Assembly: GCA_965112155.1 (NCBI GenBank)
Contig: OZ218105.1
From: Podarcis liolepis
Lineage: Eukaryota
Length of the DNA stretch: 64,000 bases
Reading direction: 5' to 3' (one strand)
Shown here: positions 36,361 through 48,869 of the stretch, one piece after another
How positions within the stretch are numbered: position 1 is the stretch's first letter
How the letters are laid out: each line of letters begins with the position of its first letter
Translations under genes and position numbers: made by a program
The notes under the pieces: generated by a model
What the model saw: only the letters and a program-made list of their open reading frames with translations
Told to the model about the DNA's origin: nothing
The model's database searches: none

Positions 36361-39300
36361 ACAAACAGAATGTGAACCTGCAAAGCTTCCCTACTCCTAA
36401 CAAAGGCATGCAAACTCTACAAGCTTAAATGATCACATTTTAACAATATACTTCCCTGTATCGTAACCCTAAGAGAGAGGCCACAGCTCACTGGTTGAAC
36501 ATATGCCTTGGATGCAGACGGTCTCTGGTTCAACTCAGTATCTCCTGTTGAAGGTTCTCAGGTGTCAGAGCTGGGGAAGACACCTCAGGCCCTACTGGGC
36601 CTTGCACAATCAAAGATGGCAGCACTGGGTTAGCTGGACTAACAACATGATTTAGTAGAAGGCAGCTCTACAGCGTAGCTATGTAATAAAGATGCCGCTT
36701 GTGCAACGTTACAGAAATTTGTTGGCTATACACAGCAGACTACAAGCCAAAACAAGATACTTATAAGCTAAAAAGAAGATCTCTGCAGTCTTAACCAAAC
36801 GTTCACCACAGGCAAACAAGCAGCAACAGTGACTGTCACGGCCTGCTCGCCTGCTGGCTCTCTTGAGTGAACTGCGGCCATGACGATGGAAGCGAAGAGG
36901 AGAAGCGCCTGCCTGCTCACTCTGGACCGGTGAGCAAATAGTAGCAGCAAAGAAGAGAGCCCACGGGGCAGGGGAGCTATCAAGGAGGGCCCTCAGCTTG
37001 GCATCAGCTCTGGAGAAGCAGGGAGAGCATGTTGTGCCCCAGCTCTTGCTCTTTGCGCTATCCTGAATGTACAGTGGCTTGTCAGATTGGGGGATGGCAA
37101 GCAGAGAGCAAGAGGAACTGAATGCCGTTGGTAGACCGGCAAGCTGGTGATGAGCTGCCAGTCAGCATTATGTCACTTTGGGAAGAGTGTGGGGGCTAAA
37201 ACGAGTGCCAATAGACTTCATGAATGTGCAGGAAAAACAGCTGCCTCTTACTCCACAAACCATTAATGGCCCTAACCCGTCAATTGTATCAACTTCCCCT
37301 TCCCCTCAGGATCCTGTGGGATATGATCTGATTGCACCAAAAGTGAACTACAGGTAGGGAGGCATGATGGACTGTGCCTGACGGGAAGGGGAAAATAACT
37401 GAAAATCTGATCTACTAGACAGGAAGTCAACATCTTCTGTGATCTGTTCAGTTGTAATGGGAACAACTTTCAGAGTGGAAAGCCACCTAATGAGGCATCT
37501 CAGGGAGTCGTGAGAAACACACTTTGGCCTGGTTCACATGTAACACAAAGCCAAATCATGGCTTCCCATGAACTACTGCGGCCACAAAACACCTCTCACA
37601 ACCCTGCTGCTGACCCAGGGTGCAGTGACTGCTGGGTTTAGCTGAGTTTAGCACAACCCAGGCTTGTGATTTGTCTCACACCAGACAAGCCATGAGCCTG
37701 GGTTCTATGCCAAACCATTACATACTCCCAAGGAGTGCAGTGGCCACGATCTTCACCCTAGGAGCCCACACATTTGCACTTAGCCATGATTTGGCTCACC
37801 ATTACATGTGAATACACCTGCAACGTTCGGAAGCAGAAACAACCGATGAGGCAAATTGCTTGTTGGAGGGGGGAGACTCCCCACCCTTCCTTTTCAGTGC
37901 CAGGAGACAGCAGTGGGTGTGGGGGTGTCACAGCTAGCACTGCGTACGTGTGCTGTTGTTGAGTCACGCCAGGTGATTCCCGCGTTTGCCCTCCACAACC
38001 ATCTATTCAGCAACACGCTGGCTGAGATACTCCCATCTGCAGCCCCGTCGCCCATTGCCAAGAGATGCAAGCAGGAAGGACCTTCTCTCTCCTCCCTTCC
38101 ACAGCAGCTGCCTCATCAGCCACAGTTTTCACCTTCTCCTCCTGCCTGCTCTTTTAGCCATTCCTAGGCTATGAAGATATTGCTCTGCATTTTCAGGCCC
38201 TTTAACTAAAGATGCTCTGCTCGGACTTTCTGAATCCTTACTCACCCTTCCCCATTACCGTTAACAGCAACACTCCTCTTAGATCTTCCTCCTGCCTTTT
38301 CTGACCAAAACACCCACCCACCCAATATCTAGCCTGTGACTCATTTAAGTCTCCAGGTCCTTGATTTGGCTCTCATCCTAATCTAAATACACTGCAGACA
38401 GCGCTCTGTTGTGCTCTCCTCTCCTGAAATGCTAAGATGTGACAATTGACATTCCTGAGTGATGTTTCATTACACGATCAGGCAAGTGGATAAGACAGCG
38501 TTCCTTGGAGCAAACATGTCACAACTGGTAGGAGGATGGAGGTGTGTTGGGTAAAGCACATGTGATGAACGCAGAGGTGCATGTTTCCCCACACCAAACA
38601 TGGTGTGTCCCCATCACCAGCCAGGACTTCCCACTACATGCCAAGCCATTTCGTGGTCCACATGGAAGAGACATCTATTTAGGAAAACTGCCCTTGTCCC
38701 CAAATAGTGACACTTTCTTTTTTTCTGACTTTGCCTTTCCAGCAGCTTATTCTGCATTTATACTTTTCAATAACAAACGGAGACAGGACAAAGTTCCAAA
38801 GGATAATGCTGATGCCTCGCTCTCCCCTTGTCCTGCTGATACAGAATGTTTTGCCAGCTCTCCTAATGCACTGCAGAGACTCTCGGCTCAGCTGAATAAA
38901 GAGATGAGATTCAGCTACAGCAGGAGGTGGGAAGAGGAGGGAGAGAAGGCCCTGCCTCATGAATATTCAACTGAAGCTCCAGGCCCCCAGCTAATCCTTA
39001 AAAATTTTCACTCCAGAGGGATCACAAGAGTTCAAAATAGAAAAGGCCGTATATTACGGATTAGTAGACAGAACCCATCCCTTCTCCTCGGACAGACAAG
39101 AGCCTCAAGGTGTGGCTTGCTTCTTTATTTTGTTACTCAAATGCTACCATTTGATACCCCTCGCTTCTTCAATATTCTCTATGGACTCAAGTATCCTATT
39201 ACTGCATATTTTAATTATGGGTATTTATCTTTTAAAAGTTTTAAACAATTATATTAATTGTGCACCCTAATTATAGTTGTTTATATTTTAATGCTTGTGT

Positions 39301-39489
39301 GGCATTGGTTTTGAAACTTGTAAACTGCTTAGAAGGCTATTTTGGCGTCAAGCAGTATAAATAATAATTCTTACCTATTATTTCTAAGTCTGTTGGTTCT
39401 CCCACTGAGTGTCATGTAAGTTTGGACTTACAATCATAGTCATATTGGAGCCCAATATCAAATACTGAGTATAATATAAAACTTTACTC

Positions 39490-40218
39490 ATGGCAAAGTT
39501 GTGGAAGGATTAAAAATTTACGGATTGTTGTACGTTGAAAGAGAACTATATGAAAATGATGTATCGTTGGTATTTGACTCCTATAATATTCGCAAAAATG
39601 TATAGAAACACTTTCAACTTACATTGGAAGTGTAAGGAAAAAGAAGGCACATTGTACCACATGTGGTGGACATGCAAAATAACAAAATAATTCTGGGAAA
39701 TGATATATAATGAATTGAAAAAATGTTTAAGATAACCTTTGTCAAAAAGCCAGAAGTTTTCTTATTAGGAATAATAGGTGATGAAATACCAAAGGATTTG
39801 AAAAGACTGTTTATGCATGCATCAAGAGCAGCAAGAATGCTTTTTCCCCAGAGATGGAAGGAAAAGAAAGTCCCAACCAAAGAAGAATGGATAACCAAGA
39901 TGATGGACTTTGCCGAAATGGCAAAAATGACCATGAAAATCAGACACCAAGATGAGAAGAAAATTAGTAAAGAATGGGGGGAAATTATAGAGTACCTTAA
40001 AGATCACTGTAGATATTTAAAAACATTAGCAGGATTGTTATAACATTTATAATGTAATAAAGTTAAAGATAAAAGTGGTTATAAAATGAATTTGGAAAAT
40101 GTAATTAGATGCAGTAGAAAGAATAGACAAATATTTGAAACCAGGGGGGAAGGGGGAAGTCCGAAGATTCAAGTAATCTCAGATGTGTGAAATTTGAAAA
40201 TGATTTAAATATAAATAA
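39490..40218 (+). mobile_element. L1-clade LINE 3' fragment
   Basis: Zn-knuckle remnant [15 protein letters not shown], then ORF2 C-terminus PEVFLLGI...AARM...WK...PTKEEW; A-rich 3' end. Confidence 0.85.
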
Positions 40219-40228
40219 TGCTGTTAAT

Positions 40229-40413
40229 GCACTCATCTCGCTTTATTGGCCGAGGGAGCTGGCGTACAGCTTCCGGGTCATGTGGCCAGCATGACTAAGC
40301 CGCTTGTGGCGAACCAGAGCAGCACACGGAAATGCTGTGTACCTTCCTGCCGGGGCGGTACCTATTTATCTACTTGCACTCTGACATGCTTTCGAACTGC
40401 TAGGTTGGCAGGA
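40229..40413 (-). mobile_element. Sauria SINE internal fragment, abutting a short CR1 fragment (40413-40475)
   Basis: ctcatctcgctttattggccgagggag...gaactgctaggttggcagga. Confidence 0.85.
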
Positions 40414-40538
40414 ATTGATGTCCTTATCCTTCAACAATTTGTCCAATCCTTTTTTAAAGCCATCCAATCTGGCTGAAGCCCACACACATGCACAAAGTTG
40501 AGTGCTGGTTTGGGGATGACGCATGAGAACATTTAAAT

Positions 40539-40676
40539 CAGCAGTTCTCAACCTGTGGGTCCCCAGATGTTGTTGGACTACAAATCCCATCATCCCTGAG
40601 CTCTAGCCTTGCTAGCTAGGGGTGATGAGAGTTGTAGTTCAACAACACCTGGGGACCCACAGGTTGAGAAAAGCTG
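40539..40676. mobile_element. Palindromic hAT MITE with SPIN-like termini
   Basis: CAGCAGTTCTCAACCTGTGGGTCCCCAG / CTGGGGACCCACAGGTTGAGAAAAGCTG; TSD atttaaat/gtttaaat. Confidence 0.85.
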
Positions 40677-41643
40677 GTTTAAATGGTTACATGCATTTTA
40701 AATAGTGCTTTTGCCTGGTTGGAAGTGAAGCTCCATTTTGCAGATTTGACGTACAGATCTGAATCTTCACATTTTACATTAAATGATAATATTCACTGTT
40801 AACTTATGATGACATCTATTTTGTCTAAGTTTGAACCATTAAGATGACGTGTTAAACCTTTCCAGTAGGATCTCTGCCAGGAGGCAGTTCTTCATTTTTG
40901 GTGGCAAAAATCATTCAAGCTGGTTCGGTGCAAAGCAAAACACCAGCATTAAAAACCCGAACAAAACCTTCTAGGATACCCCAAGTGTTAAGGCACAGCG
41001 GACATGCACACGTTGTAGCTTATTTTGGAAGGAATAAACAAAGAGCCATGGAAAAACCGAGTTACAGAAATGAGAACTAACAAGGTAGAAGTTTGGAGTG
41101 CAAATTCTGGCCCCTTCTGGAGCCTCAGCCCAGGCCCCTCCTTGCACATCATCTGCCAGCCTCGGTCACCTAGAATGGTGGGCGGCTGCTGTGTGATTCC
41201 TAGACCAAGTAATCAGATGGAGCGAAGCTGTTTTGCTAAGCTCCATTATTGATGGGCTGGCAGATGGTAATCAGATTTCCTGACCAAGTGTCCCTTAGTT
41301 AGGCTAAAAAGAATTTGAGAGCTCACCTCCCTCCTGTTGAAAGTAGTGGCTAACATTCCACTGGCTTCAAGCAGAGCCTCACAGAGACCAGTAGGTCCAT
41401 TCTGCTAATTTGTAACCCACATTACAACAACCAAGACTTAAAAAGTTGCCTACGTGTGGTCGACTGTTCTTTCTTAACTGAAGATCCTCTTATGTAAGCA
41501 ATCTGTCCTTGTCACCTCTCTGTAGTTGCTTACTTGTACAGTGCAGAGCTGAAACAGATTAGAAATTTAATACATTTCAGATTTAAAATTCTTTAGAATT
41601 CTGAAATTCTGGCTTTGAGATATATCTTCTTCTTTTTTAAGTA

Positions 41644-41895
41644 CAGTGGTACCTTGGTTTAAGAACAGCTTAGTCTATGAACAACTTGGATTAAGAACGA
41701 TGCAAACCTGGAAGTAGGTGTTTTGGTTTGTGAACTTTGTCTTGGAATAAGAACATATTTCGCTTCCTGTTGAGTGTGTTCCATTTGGAAATTGAGTCCT
41801 CCGCTGCTATGGGAAAGCACACCTTGGATTAAGAACACTTTGGTTTAAGAACGGACTTCCAGACAGGATTAAGTTCGTAAACCAAGGTACCATTG
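41644..41895 (+). mobile_element. Tigger/pogo-like MITE, family B
   Basis: TA|CAGTGGTACCTTGGTTTA...TAAACCAAGGTACCATTG|TA; second copy at 50269-50729. Confidence 0.88.
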
Positions 41896-42203
41896 TAATG
41901 TGTTTTAAGATAATGTTTTAAGTATCAACTTGCTGGCTCCTTGCTTCCAGCCCCACAGCACGCTTAACTGCTGATGTTGGGGTAGAAATCAAATTACGAG
42001 AATATGCATTTGAATTTCTGCAAGCAAATTAAGAGTTAGGAGATTTTGCTTGAATATCTCCCTTGAAAACCCATTATCACTCTAATGTAAAGTAAACATA
42101 TCTCCTTCCAAGCAACTATAATGGCTTCTTCCTGTCTACCACAGAGAAGGCAAGGGCATTTTCAAGAACAGTCCCCCTGTTTGCTACACTATGCTGTTAT
42201 GTA

Positions 42204-42372
42204 CCGTATTTTTCGCTCTATAACACGCACCCAACCATAACACGCACGTAGTTTTTAGAGGAGGAAAATCCATAGGCATGCCACCCGTAGGCATTTCCTC
42301 CATAACACGCACAGACATTTCCCCTTACTTTCTAGGAGGAAAAAAGCGAGTGTTATGGTGCAAAAAATACGG
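42204..42372 (-). mobile_element. CCGTATTTTT-family MITE, short form (169 bp)
   Basis: Reverse complement of 1090-1258; TA flanks. Confidence 0.88.
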
Positions 42373-43075
42373 TAATCAGCACTAACAGCACCACCTACTG
42401 CCAGTTTATAAGTATCACAAACATTATGCTACTATAGCAGGCGGGTGGTGGGGCGAGAGCGCCTTTGTGGAGTTAGACATTTAAAGAAGTCTGCACCCTG
42501 GGGCCAGAGAGCCAGGCACAGAAAACTCCTTCTAGGATGGCATCCAATTCAATGATAATTTGCCCCAAGTTGCATCACATCACCAAAAGTATTCATGGAA
42601 TGGATAACTATGCCCAAAAGACCAAGCCTTTAAGGAACAACATGAAGGTGATCAGTTCAGGCAGGTAGGCTGGTGCAAAACAGGCTGGTACTGCGGATAA
42701 CATTATTATTGTTTACTCAATGTTATTTCCTGCCCTTCTCTGTTAGATCCCAAGATCCGTTTACCAACTAATTAAAATTCAATATTAAAAACAGTTCAAA
42801 TCTGTAAGTCACAGGGTTCCTGAAAACACACATTCAGTTGTCAAAGACCAAGGTGAGAGGAATAGGAAGGACACACTAAGGAACGGTGCCAGACGCGCTT
42901 AGTGATGTGAGAATATTTTCTCCTAGAAAGTTCTCCAGAAAATATTCTCCACAAACTGTAAATTCTAAGGAAAGAACCAGTTTTACAACACACATTTAAA
43001 AAATCTAGTAAATAATAAGTCAAGCTGTGATATTGCCAGTGTAAGTAATTAATAATGATTTTTTTGATCCAGCTA

Positions 43076-43268
43076 CCGTATTTTTCGCCCTATAGGACGC
43101 ACTTTTCCCCCTCCAAAAATGAAGGGGAAATGTGTGTGCGTCCTATGGGGCGAATGCAGGCTTTCGCTGAAGCCTGGAAAGCGAGAGGGGTCGGTGCGCA
43201 CCGACCCCTCTCGCTCTCCAGGCTTCAGGAGAGCCGCAGCGCCAGCCCCACAAGGTCGGGGGACAGCG
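43076..43268 (+). mobile_element. Related CCGTATTTTT-type MITE, left part only, with internal 62-bp palindrome
   Basis: TA|CCGTATTTTTCGCCCTATAGGACGCAC...; right TIR not found. Confidence 0.7.
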
Positions 43269-43454
43269 TTGTTAAAGACAAGGTTGCCAACTGATCAAAA
43301 AGAAACTTGCCCGGCCTGCTCTGTAACTCAATTAGGAGGTAGATCTTTGGACGGAGTGAATTTGAGCACTATCATTTGTCAATGTTTACAGGTGAAGCTT
43401 ATGTTAAAAACAGAACAACCCTGGCAGGAGTTTGAACTCTGCTACTAAATTTTA

Positions 43455-43806
43455 CAGTGGTGCCTCGCAAGACGAAATTAATCCGTTCCGCGAGTCTCTT
43501 CGTCTAGCGGTTTTTTCGTCTTGCAATGCAACCCTATTAGCGGCTTAGCGGCTTAGCGCTATTAGCGGTTTAGCGGCTATTAAAGGCTTAGCGGCTATTA
43601 AAGGATTAGCGGATTAGCGGCTAAAAGGCTATTAGCGGCTTAGAAAAGGGGGGGGCGAAAAAAAATCGGAACACTTGCAAGACATTTTCGTCTTGCAAAG
43701 CAAGCCCATAGGGAAAATCGTCTTGCGAAGCAGCTCAAAAACGGAAAACCCTTTCGTCTAGCGGGTTTTCCGTCTTGCGAGGCATTCGTCTTGCGGGGCA
43801 CCACTG
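43455..43806. mobile_element. Tigger/pogo-like MITE, family C, with internal TTAGCGGC minisatellite (43534-43643)
   Basis: TA|CAGTGGTGCCTCGCAAGACGAA...TTCGTCTTGCGGGGCACCACTG|TA. Confidence 0.9.
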
Positions 43807-44477
43807 TATACGTAATTCTATTGTGCTTCTCTCTGATCTTACATTTCTTTCTGAACAAATAATGTTTCTGACTGGTAGCTAAAAAACTTACCCATGATGT
43901 TCCGTGACTCTAGCTTAAAGTTATTGGTGAAAAAATAAAATAAAAGCTTTGTCCTTTGCCAGAGCACGCTATCACCTTAGACACCTGTATCTTCCTAAGA
44001 GTTAAAGATCGGTGCAATGGGACTGCAACAGTTTAAGTGCTGTTTTGGCCTCATGGCAAAACTGTATCTGTTATCATCTAACAGTGATGGCAGCAGATGG
44101 TGAGGTTAAGGAGATTAGGAGTAGGAAGTCTAAAGTACATCACATCCAGCTCTTGGCCTGTCAGACCTCCATTTTGGTCATTGCACACTTCCAGGCATTC
44201 AAAGATAAACCACCGTTTTACTCAACCAGTTTCAACTAAGATGAAAGGGTCATGTCCAGCTCCATATCCCAGACTAGAGGGTCAGATACACAGGTTGTGG
44301 AAGGACAGACTTTTCAGATGTGACCTCTATATTATGGGATGTGCTCCCTGACCATATGGTCCAGCAGCACATCTCCTACCCAGCATACAGAAAAGCATCC
44401 TAGAGATTCCCCCGATTTTCTCTTTACAGTAGTGGTCCTTGTGGCTAACATTACAACAACAACATCATCACCAGAAC

Positions 44478-45268
44478 TACATCAGAAATAGGAAACCAGC
44501 CAAGGAGACTGTTGTAGCACCAGATGACAAATAAGTAAAATAACTACAGAAAGAAAATAGGGAGATTGCAAAGAAACTGGACGAATTATTGGCATTAGTC
44601 TTCACAGCAAAAGATACTGATGACATACCGACACATGGATTGCTCTTTCCTGCTAGGACATTGGAAGAATTATACATAGAATAAAAGAAGTAACGAGATG
44701 AAGTTCTACAGATAATATATAAAACAAAAAAAACAGGTGTGGATGATATACTCCTGAGAATTTTGAAAGAATTCAGATGTAACATCGTTGATTATCTAAC
44801 GAAAAATATGCAACCCGTCCGTGGCTTTCATACCATAAGATTGGAAAGTAGCCCATTTCACACCAATATTGAAACAGTGTTCTGGGGAAAGCCAGGAAAT
44901 CACAGATCCATGCACCTGGTGTGCTTCGCAAGTAAATTGGTAGAAAGCACTACTAAAGTTTTTTTAAAAAAACAAAACAGTGTTTGAAGAGAAATCAGCA
45001 GGACTTCTACTATGGGATGTATGGTCCAACCAACATTTTTTAATTGTCTGAAGGGGTTCGCAAGCATGTCCATCAGCTCACCTCTATCTATATAGTCTTG
45101 AACTGCTCTAATGTTTTTGATGAGGTTCCTCACCAGAACTTGCCGAATAAACAGGATGACTTATCTTATGGATTGACACTTGATCAAAGAAACAGGAAAC
45201 AGAGGGTGGAAATAAATGGACAGTTCTTGAAACATAAGCTTTGCAGTCCCCAAGAGTTATACTGGAAT
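44478..45268 (+). mobile_element. Degenerate CR1 LINE ORF2 fragment
   Basis: Remnants EIAKKLDE..ALVFT, DDILLRILKE, DWKVA..TPI, PGNHR, FDEVPHQ, RKQRVEINGQF; cut by the MITE at 45271. Confidence 0.8.
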
Positions 45269-45270
45269 TA

Positions 45271-45511
45271 CAGTGGTACCTCGAGTTACAAACGCCTCAG
45301 GTTACAAACGCTTCAGGTTACAAATTCTGCTAACTTGGAAGAGTTACCTTGAGTTGAGAACTTTGCCCCAGGATGAGAACGGAAATCGTGTGCCGGCAGC
45401 GCAGCGGCAGCAAGAGGCCCCATTAGCAAAAGCACGCCTCTTATTAAGAACAGTTTCAGGTTAAGAAAGGACCTCCGGAACACATTAAGTTCGTAACTAG
45501 AGGTACCACTG
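45271..45511 (-). mobile_element. Tigger/pogo-like MITE, family A
   Basis: TA-flanked CAGTGGTACCTC TIRs; inverted relative to 33031. Confidence 0.9.
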
Positions 45512-45576
45512 TACTTCACATGTTCTATCAGCTCTGTGAGTTGCCTCCATGGAAGGCCTTTGACACTCAAGAGATA

Positions 45577-46309
45577 CCGTATTTTTTGCACCATAACACT
45601 CACTTTTTTCCTCCTAGAAAGTAAGGGGAAATGTCTGTGCGTGTTATGGAGGGAATGCCTACAGATGGTGGGGGGATCTGCTGCAGTCGTGAGCAGAGAA
45701 TCCATGGTTCCCCTTCCTTTCCTCCTCCGTGGCTCGCTTTGAAACAGCAAAGCGGGAGAAGAGCCGCTGAGTGGGGAGGAGAGAGGGACAGAGAGCCTGC
45801 TTCTTTAAAGGAGCAAAGCGGCAGAGGAGAGGAGCCTTCTCCCCTTATACCCCTCTTCTTCATTATTAGCAGCATCCTTCTCCACCCACCCCATGCGTGC
45901 TCCTTGTCCCTTGAGTGCTTTTCCTTCCCTCCCCACTTAAAACGTGGTTACAAAGCACGGATCCACATGGATCCTCAGGATTTTTGCACTGGGTCACCCC
46001 AAATTCACCATCATATCACATAGCATGTCCATGGCTACATCTTGCACCAAAAAAATCACGCACCCACTGTTGCCTGGGGCCGCAATGGTGCAAAAATGTG
46101 GTTACAAAGCATGGATCCACATGGATCCTCAGGATTTTTGCATTGGGCTACTCCAAACTCACTGTCAGATCACATGTCTGTGGCCACAGCATGAACCACA
46201 AAAATCATACATCCACTGTTTCGTTTAGAATATTTTTTTTCTTGTTTTCCTCCTCTAAAAACTACGTGCGTGTTATGGTCTGGTGCGTGTTATAGAGCGA
46301 AAAATACGG
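45577..46309 (+). mobile_element. CCGTATTTTT-family MITE, long form (733 bp)
   Basis: Same termini as the 1090 copy; TA flanks; internal direct repeat of about 48 bp (45945, 46098). Confidence 0.9.
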
Positions 46310-47122
46310 TATATATTTCAGGCAGAGCGAGCCAGGACAATGCAGCTTGTTTGCTCTGCTCAACTGGGGGTTGGGAAGGCGCCTGCCTCCCAGCTGAGCC
46401 TTAACCTGAGCAGGGGATCACTCATCTGGGGGGCAGGAGCAGTTTAAAGAAGCCGAGGGAGGAACAAGCTGTATTGGCCCCACATTCCAGCCTGCTCCTC
46501 CATATGAGGGGCAGAGCGATGGCAGCTTCACCCAGCAGCCGATCACAGGTGGAAGCACTGCTGCTCCAGAGTCCCTCCAGGTTGAAATCAGGCTTGACAA
46601 ACAACTAAATGGCACCATGAGCAAAACCCCTGAGAGCGAGAGAAATTCTGTGTTAGTGAGGATTGGGCCTGAAATTGTCAACAGCTCAGGAATGCAAATA
46701 CTGTATTAATGGTTTCAGAAATCCATCAAAGCAATGCAGAATCTGTAGACAAAAGTCAAAATACTTTCTTTTCACCAAACCTGTTAATAAGAACAACTGC
46801 AGTCAAAGAAAATGAGTTTTGCCTGTGCCTCACATCTTCTACATTGAAAATGACTATTCGTGGTAATCTTAAATGAATTATCACATCGGAAACTTTAAAA
46901 GTACTCAGTGCTTTCAAGTAAAATGAAGGGGACATTTTTGTTTATTGTTGACAGATGCCAGATTAACTACCTTTTAACATATTTTAACCACCCCTTTTGT
47001 TTTGCAGACAGGGGGCTAAAGAAGAGAAACAGGGCAGACATTTCCCACTCTTCCAAGGAAAAAACTGCCCAAGAATAAGTTTGCTCTGGAATTTATTTTT
47101 TGAGAACACACCAGGTTAAGTA

Positions 47123-47344
47123 CAGTGGTACCTTGGATTAAGTACTTAATTCGTTCCAGAGGTCTGTTCTTAACCTGAAACTGTTCTTAACCTGAAGCAC
47201 CACTTTAGCTAATGAGGCCTTCCCGCTGCCGCTGCTGCTGCACGATTTCTGTTCTCATCCTGAAGCAAAGTTCTTAACCCAAGGTACTATTTTTGGGTTA
47301 GCGGAGTCTGTAACCTGAAGCGTCTGTAACCCGAGGTACCACTG
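47123..47344 (+). mobile_element. Tigger/pogo-like MITE, family A
   Basis: TA|CAGTGGTACC...GGTACCACTG|TA. Confidence 0.9.
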
Positions 47345-47722
47345 TACTGCCAAACCAAAGACCAGATTCAATAGAATAGAAAGGAGTGAGCAAAATTTCC
47401 GCAACCAAGAGTGGGGATATTACTTCAGCCCCTTGACCAGAACTACAGGAAAGCCAGCGACCACTCTTCAAAAGCTGCTTGACACTTGGGGGGGATAAGC
47501 TTTGGGCCAAAATGCAGTGTATAGATAAACCATGACATAACAAAGAATGAGGCAAGGATGATGATACTGAAGCAGGAGCCAGAATTATCTGTGTGGGTTT
47601 CTGGAATAGCACTGCGTCCCTCTTCACACTAGGCTGCCATGACTGCCTCTCTAATCCTGAACATTGAGAGGTGGCCGAAAAGGAAAGTCCCCTCCCCTCA
47701 TCCCACCTGTATCATGCCAGAT

Positions 47723-47960
47723 ACAGCAAACTTTTTCAGCCGGGGGTCGGTCCACTGTCCCTCAGACCTTGTGGTGGGGCCGGACTATATGGAGGTGGTG
47801 AACGAATTTCCATGCCCACAAATAACCCAGAGATGCATTTTAAATAAAAGCACACATTCTACTCATGTAAAAACACGCTGATTCCCGGAGCGTCCCGGGG
47901 CCGGACTGAGAAGGCGAGTGGGCCACATCCGGCCCCCGGGCCTTAGTTTGCCTACCCATG
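47723..47960 (+). mobile_element. hAT-Charlie-like MITE (left TIR damaged)
   Basis: Colinear with 53247-53494; flanks tgccagat/tgccagac. Confidence 0.75.
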
Positions 47961-48132
47961 TGCCAGACCTTAGGCAGCTCTGCCTGGGGGTATCAGGAAC
48001 TACAGCAATGCTTTGAGCAAGAAAATGAAAGCCTGATAAAATGCAATACCAACAAAATTGATTGTGCACTCGAGTACCTTGAAGAAACGCTGGCATTGGG
48101 GAGCCACACACGTGCCACCAGGGTTATGCCAA

Positions 48133-48869
48133 TGTAACCCTAGCAAAGACTCTCCTCCCTGGAAGAGAGGGGAGTGGTTGTGGGCGGGAGCCCGAGCGCC
48201 ACCCCTAGGAGGGGGCATAGTCCCCTGCCTCCACCTCACCTGGCTGGCGCCCACGCCCCTCTGGAGGCATCCAACCAGGTGCCTCGGAGGGGGCGTGTTC
48301 AGCAGCCTTTTGCTGCAGCGCCAGCCTCTCTCCGGCCTCATTCTTCGCTGTCGTCTTGTCGCGAGTCACCCACCCTCCACTCCCTTAGAGTTAGGGCTTA
48401 GGTCGTTGGCCTTGCTATGGACCTTAGGTTGGTCGCCCTGGTTGTCTAGGGGGCCTGGTAGGAGTTTTTCCATTTGGCATTAGGCTTTTTGGTTTTTTCG
48501 CCTACCTCGTAGCAATCGTCACAACTTTTGTGGTGTGTCGAAGAGCTAGGTGTGGCCATCAACTATGCCTTCAATTTTTGGGTATTCCATTAAAGGAATC
48601 TGGCGGTCGTGTGTTCTGTCCGATGCCTGCTTGGCGGGAGGCCATAGCACGACCCTCGGTAACATCAGGGGGGAGCCTATAGTTGGATTAGCATCAAAAG
48701 GCTCCACCTACTGGTGAATAAACCCACTTGTTTTGAGATCCAATGCCTAAGCCAATACCTTTTCACTGCTGTAATCAATAAAGTTGTGGCCGTTCCATGC
48801 CCATTAACCTTATATCGCGTGTCCATGTGTATTCATTTCACATCGCGGGGGTCGGGTCCTCGAACCACA
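48133..48869 (+). mobile_element. Solo LTR-like terminal repeat (ERV LTR or Ngaro/DIRS-type)
   Basis: CpG-richer block bounded by TG...CA with AATAAA at about 48777 followed by GTTGTGGCC; no TSD visible; boundaries approximate. Confidence 0.55.

Noticed and set aside
43534-43643. CRISPR-like or telomeric array
   Set aside because: No unique spacers, eukaryotic context, and the unit is not TTAGGG; it is a minisatellite inside a MITE.
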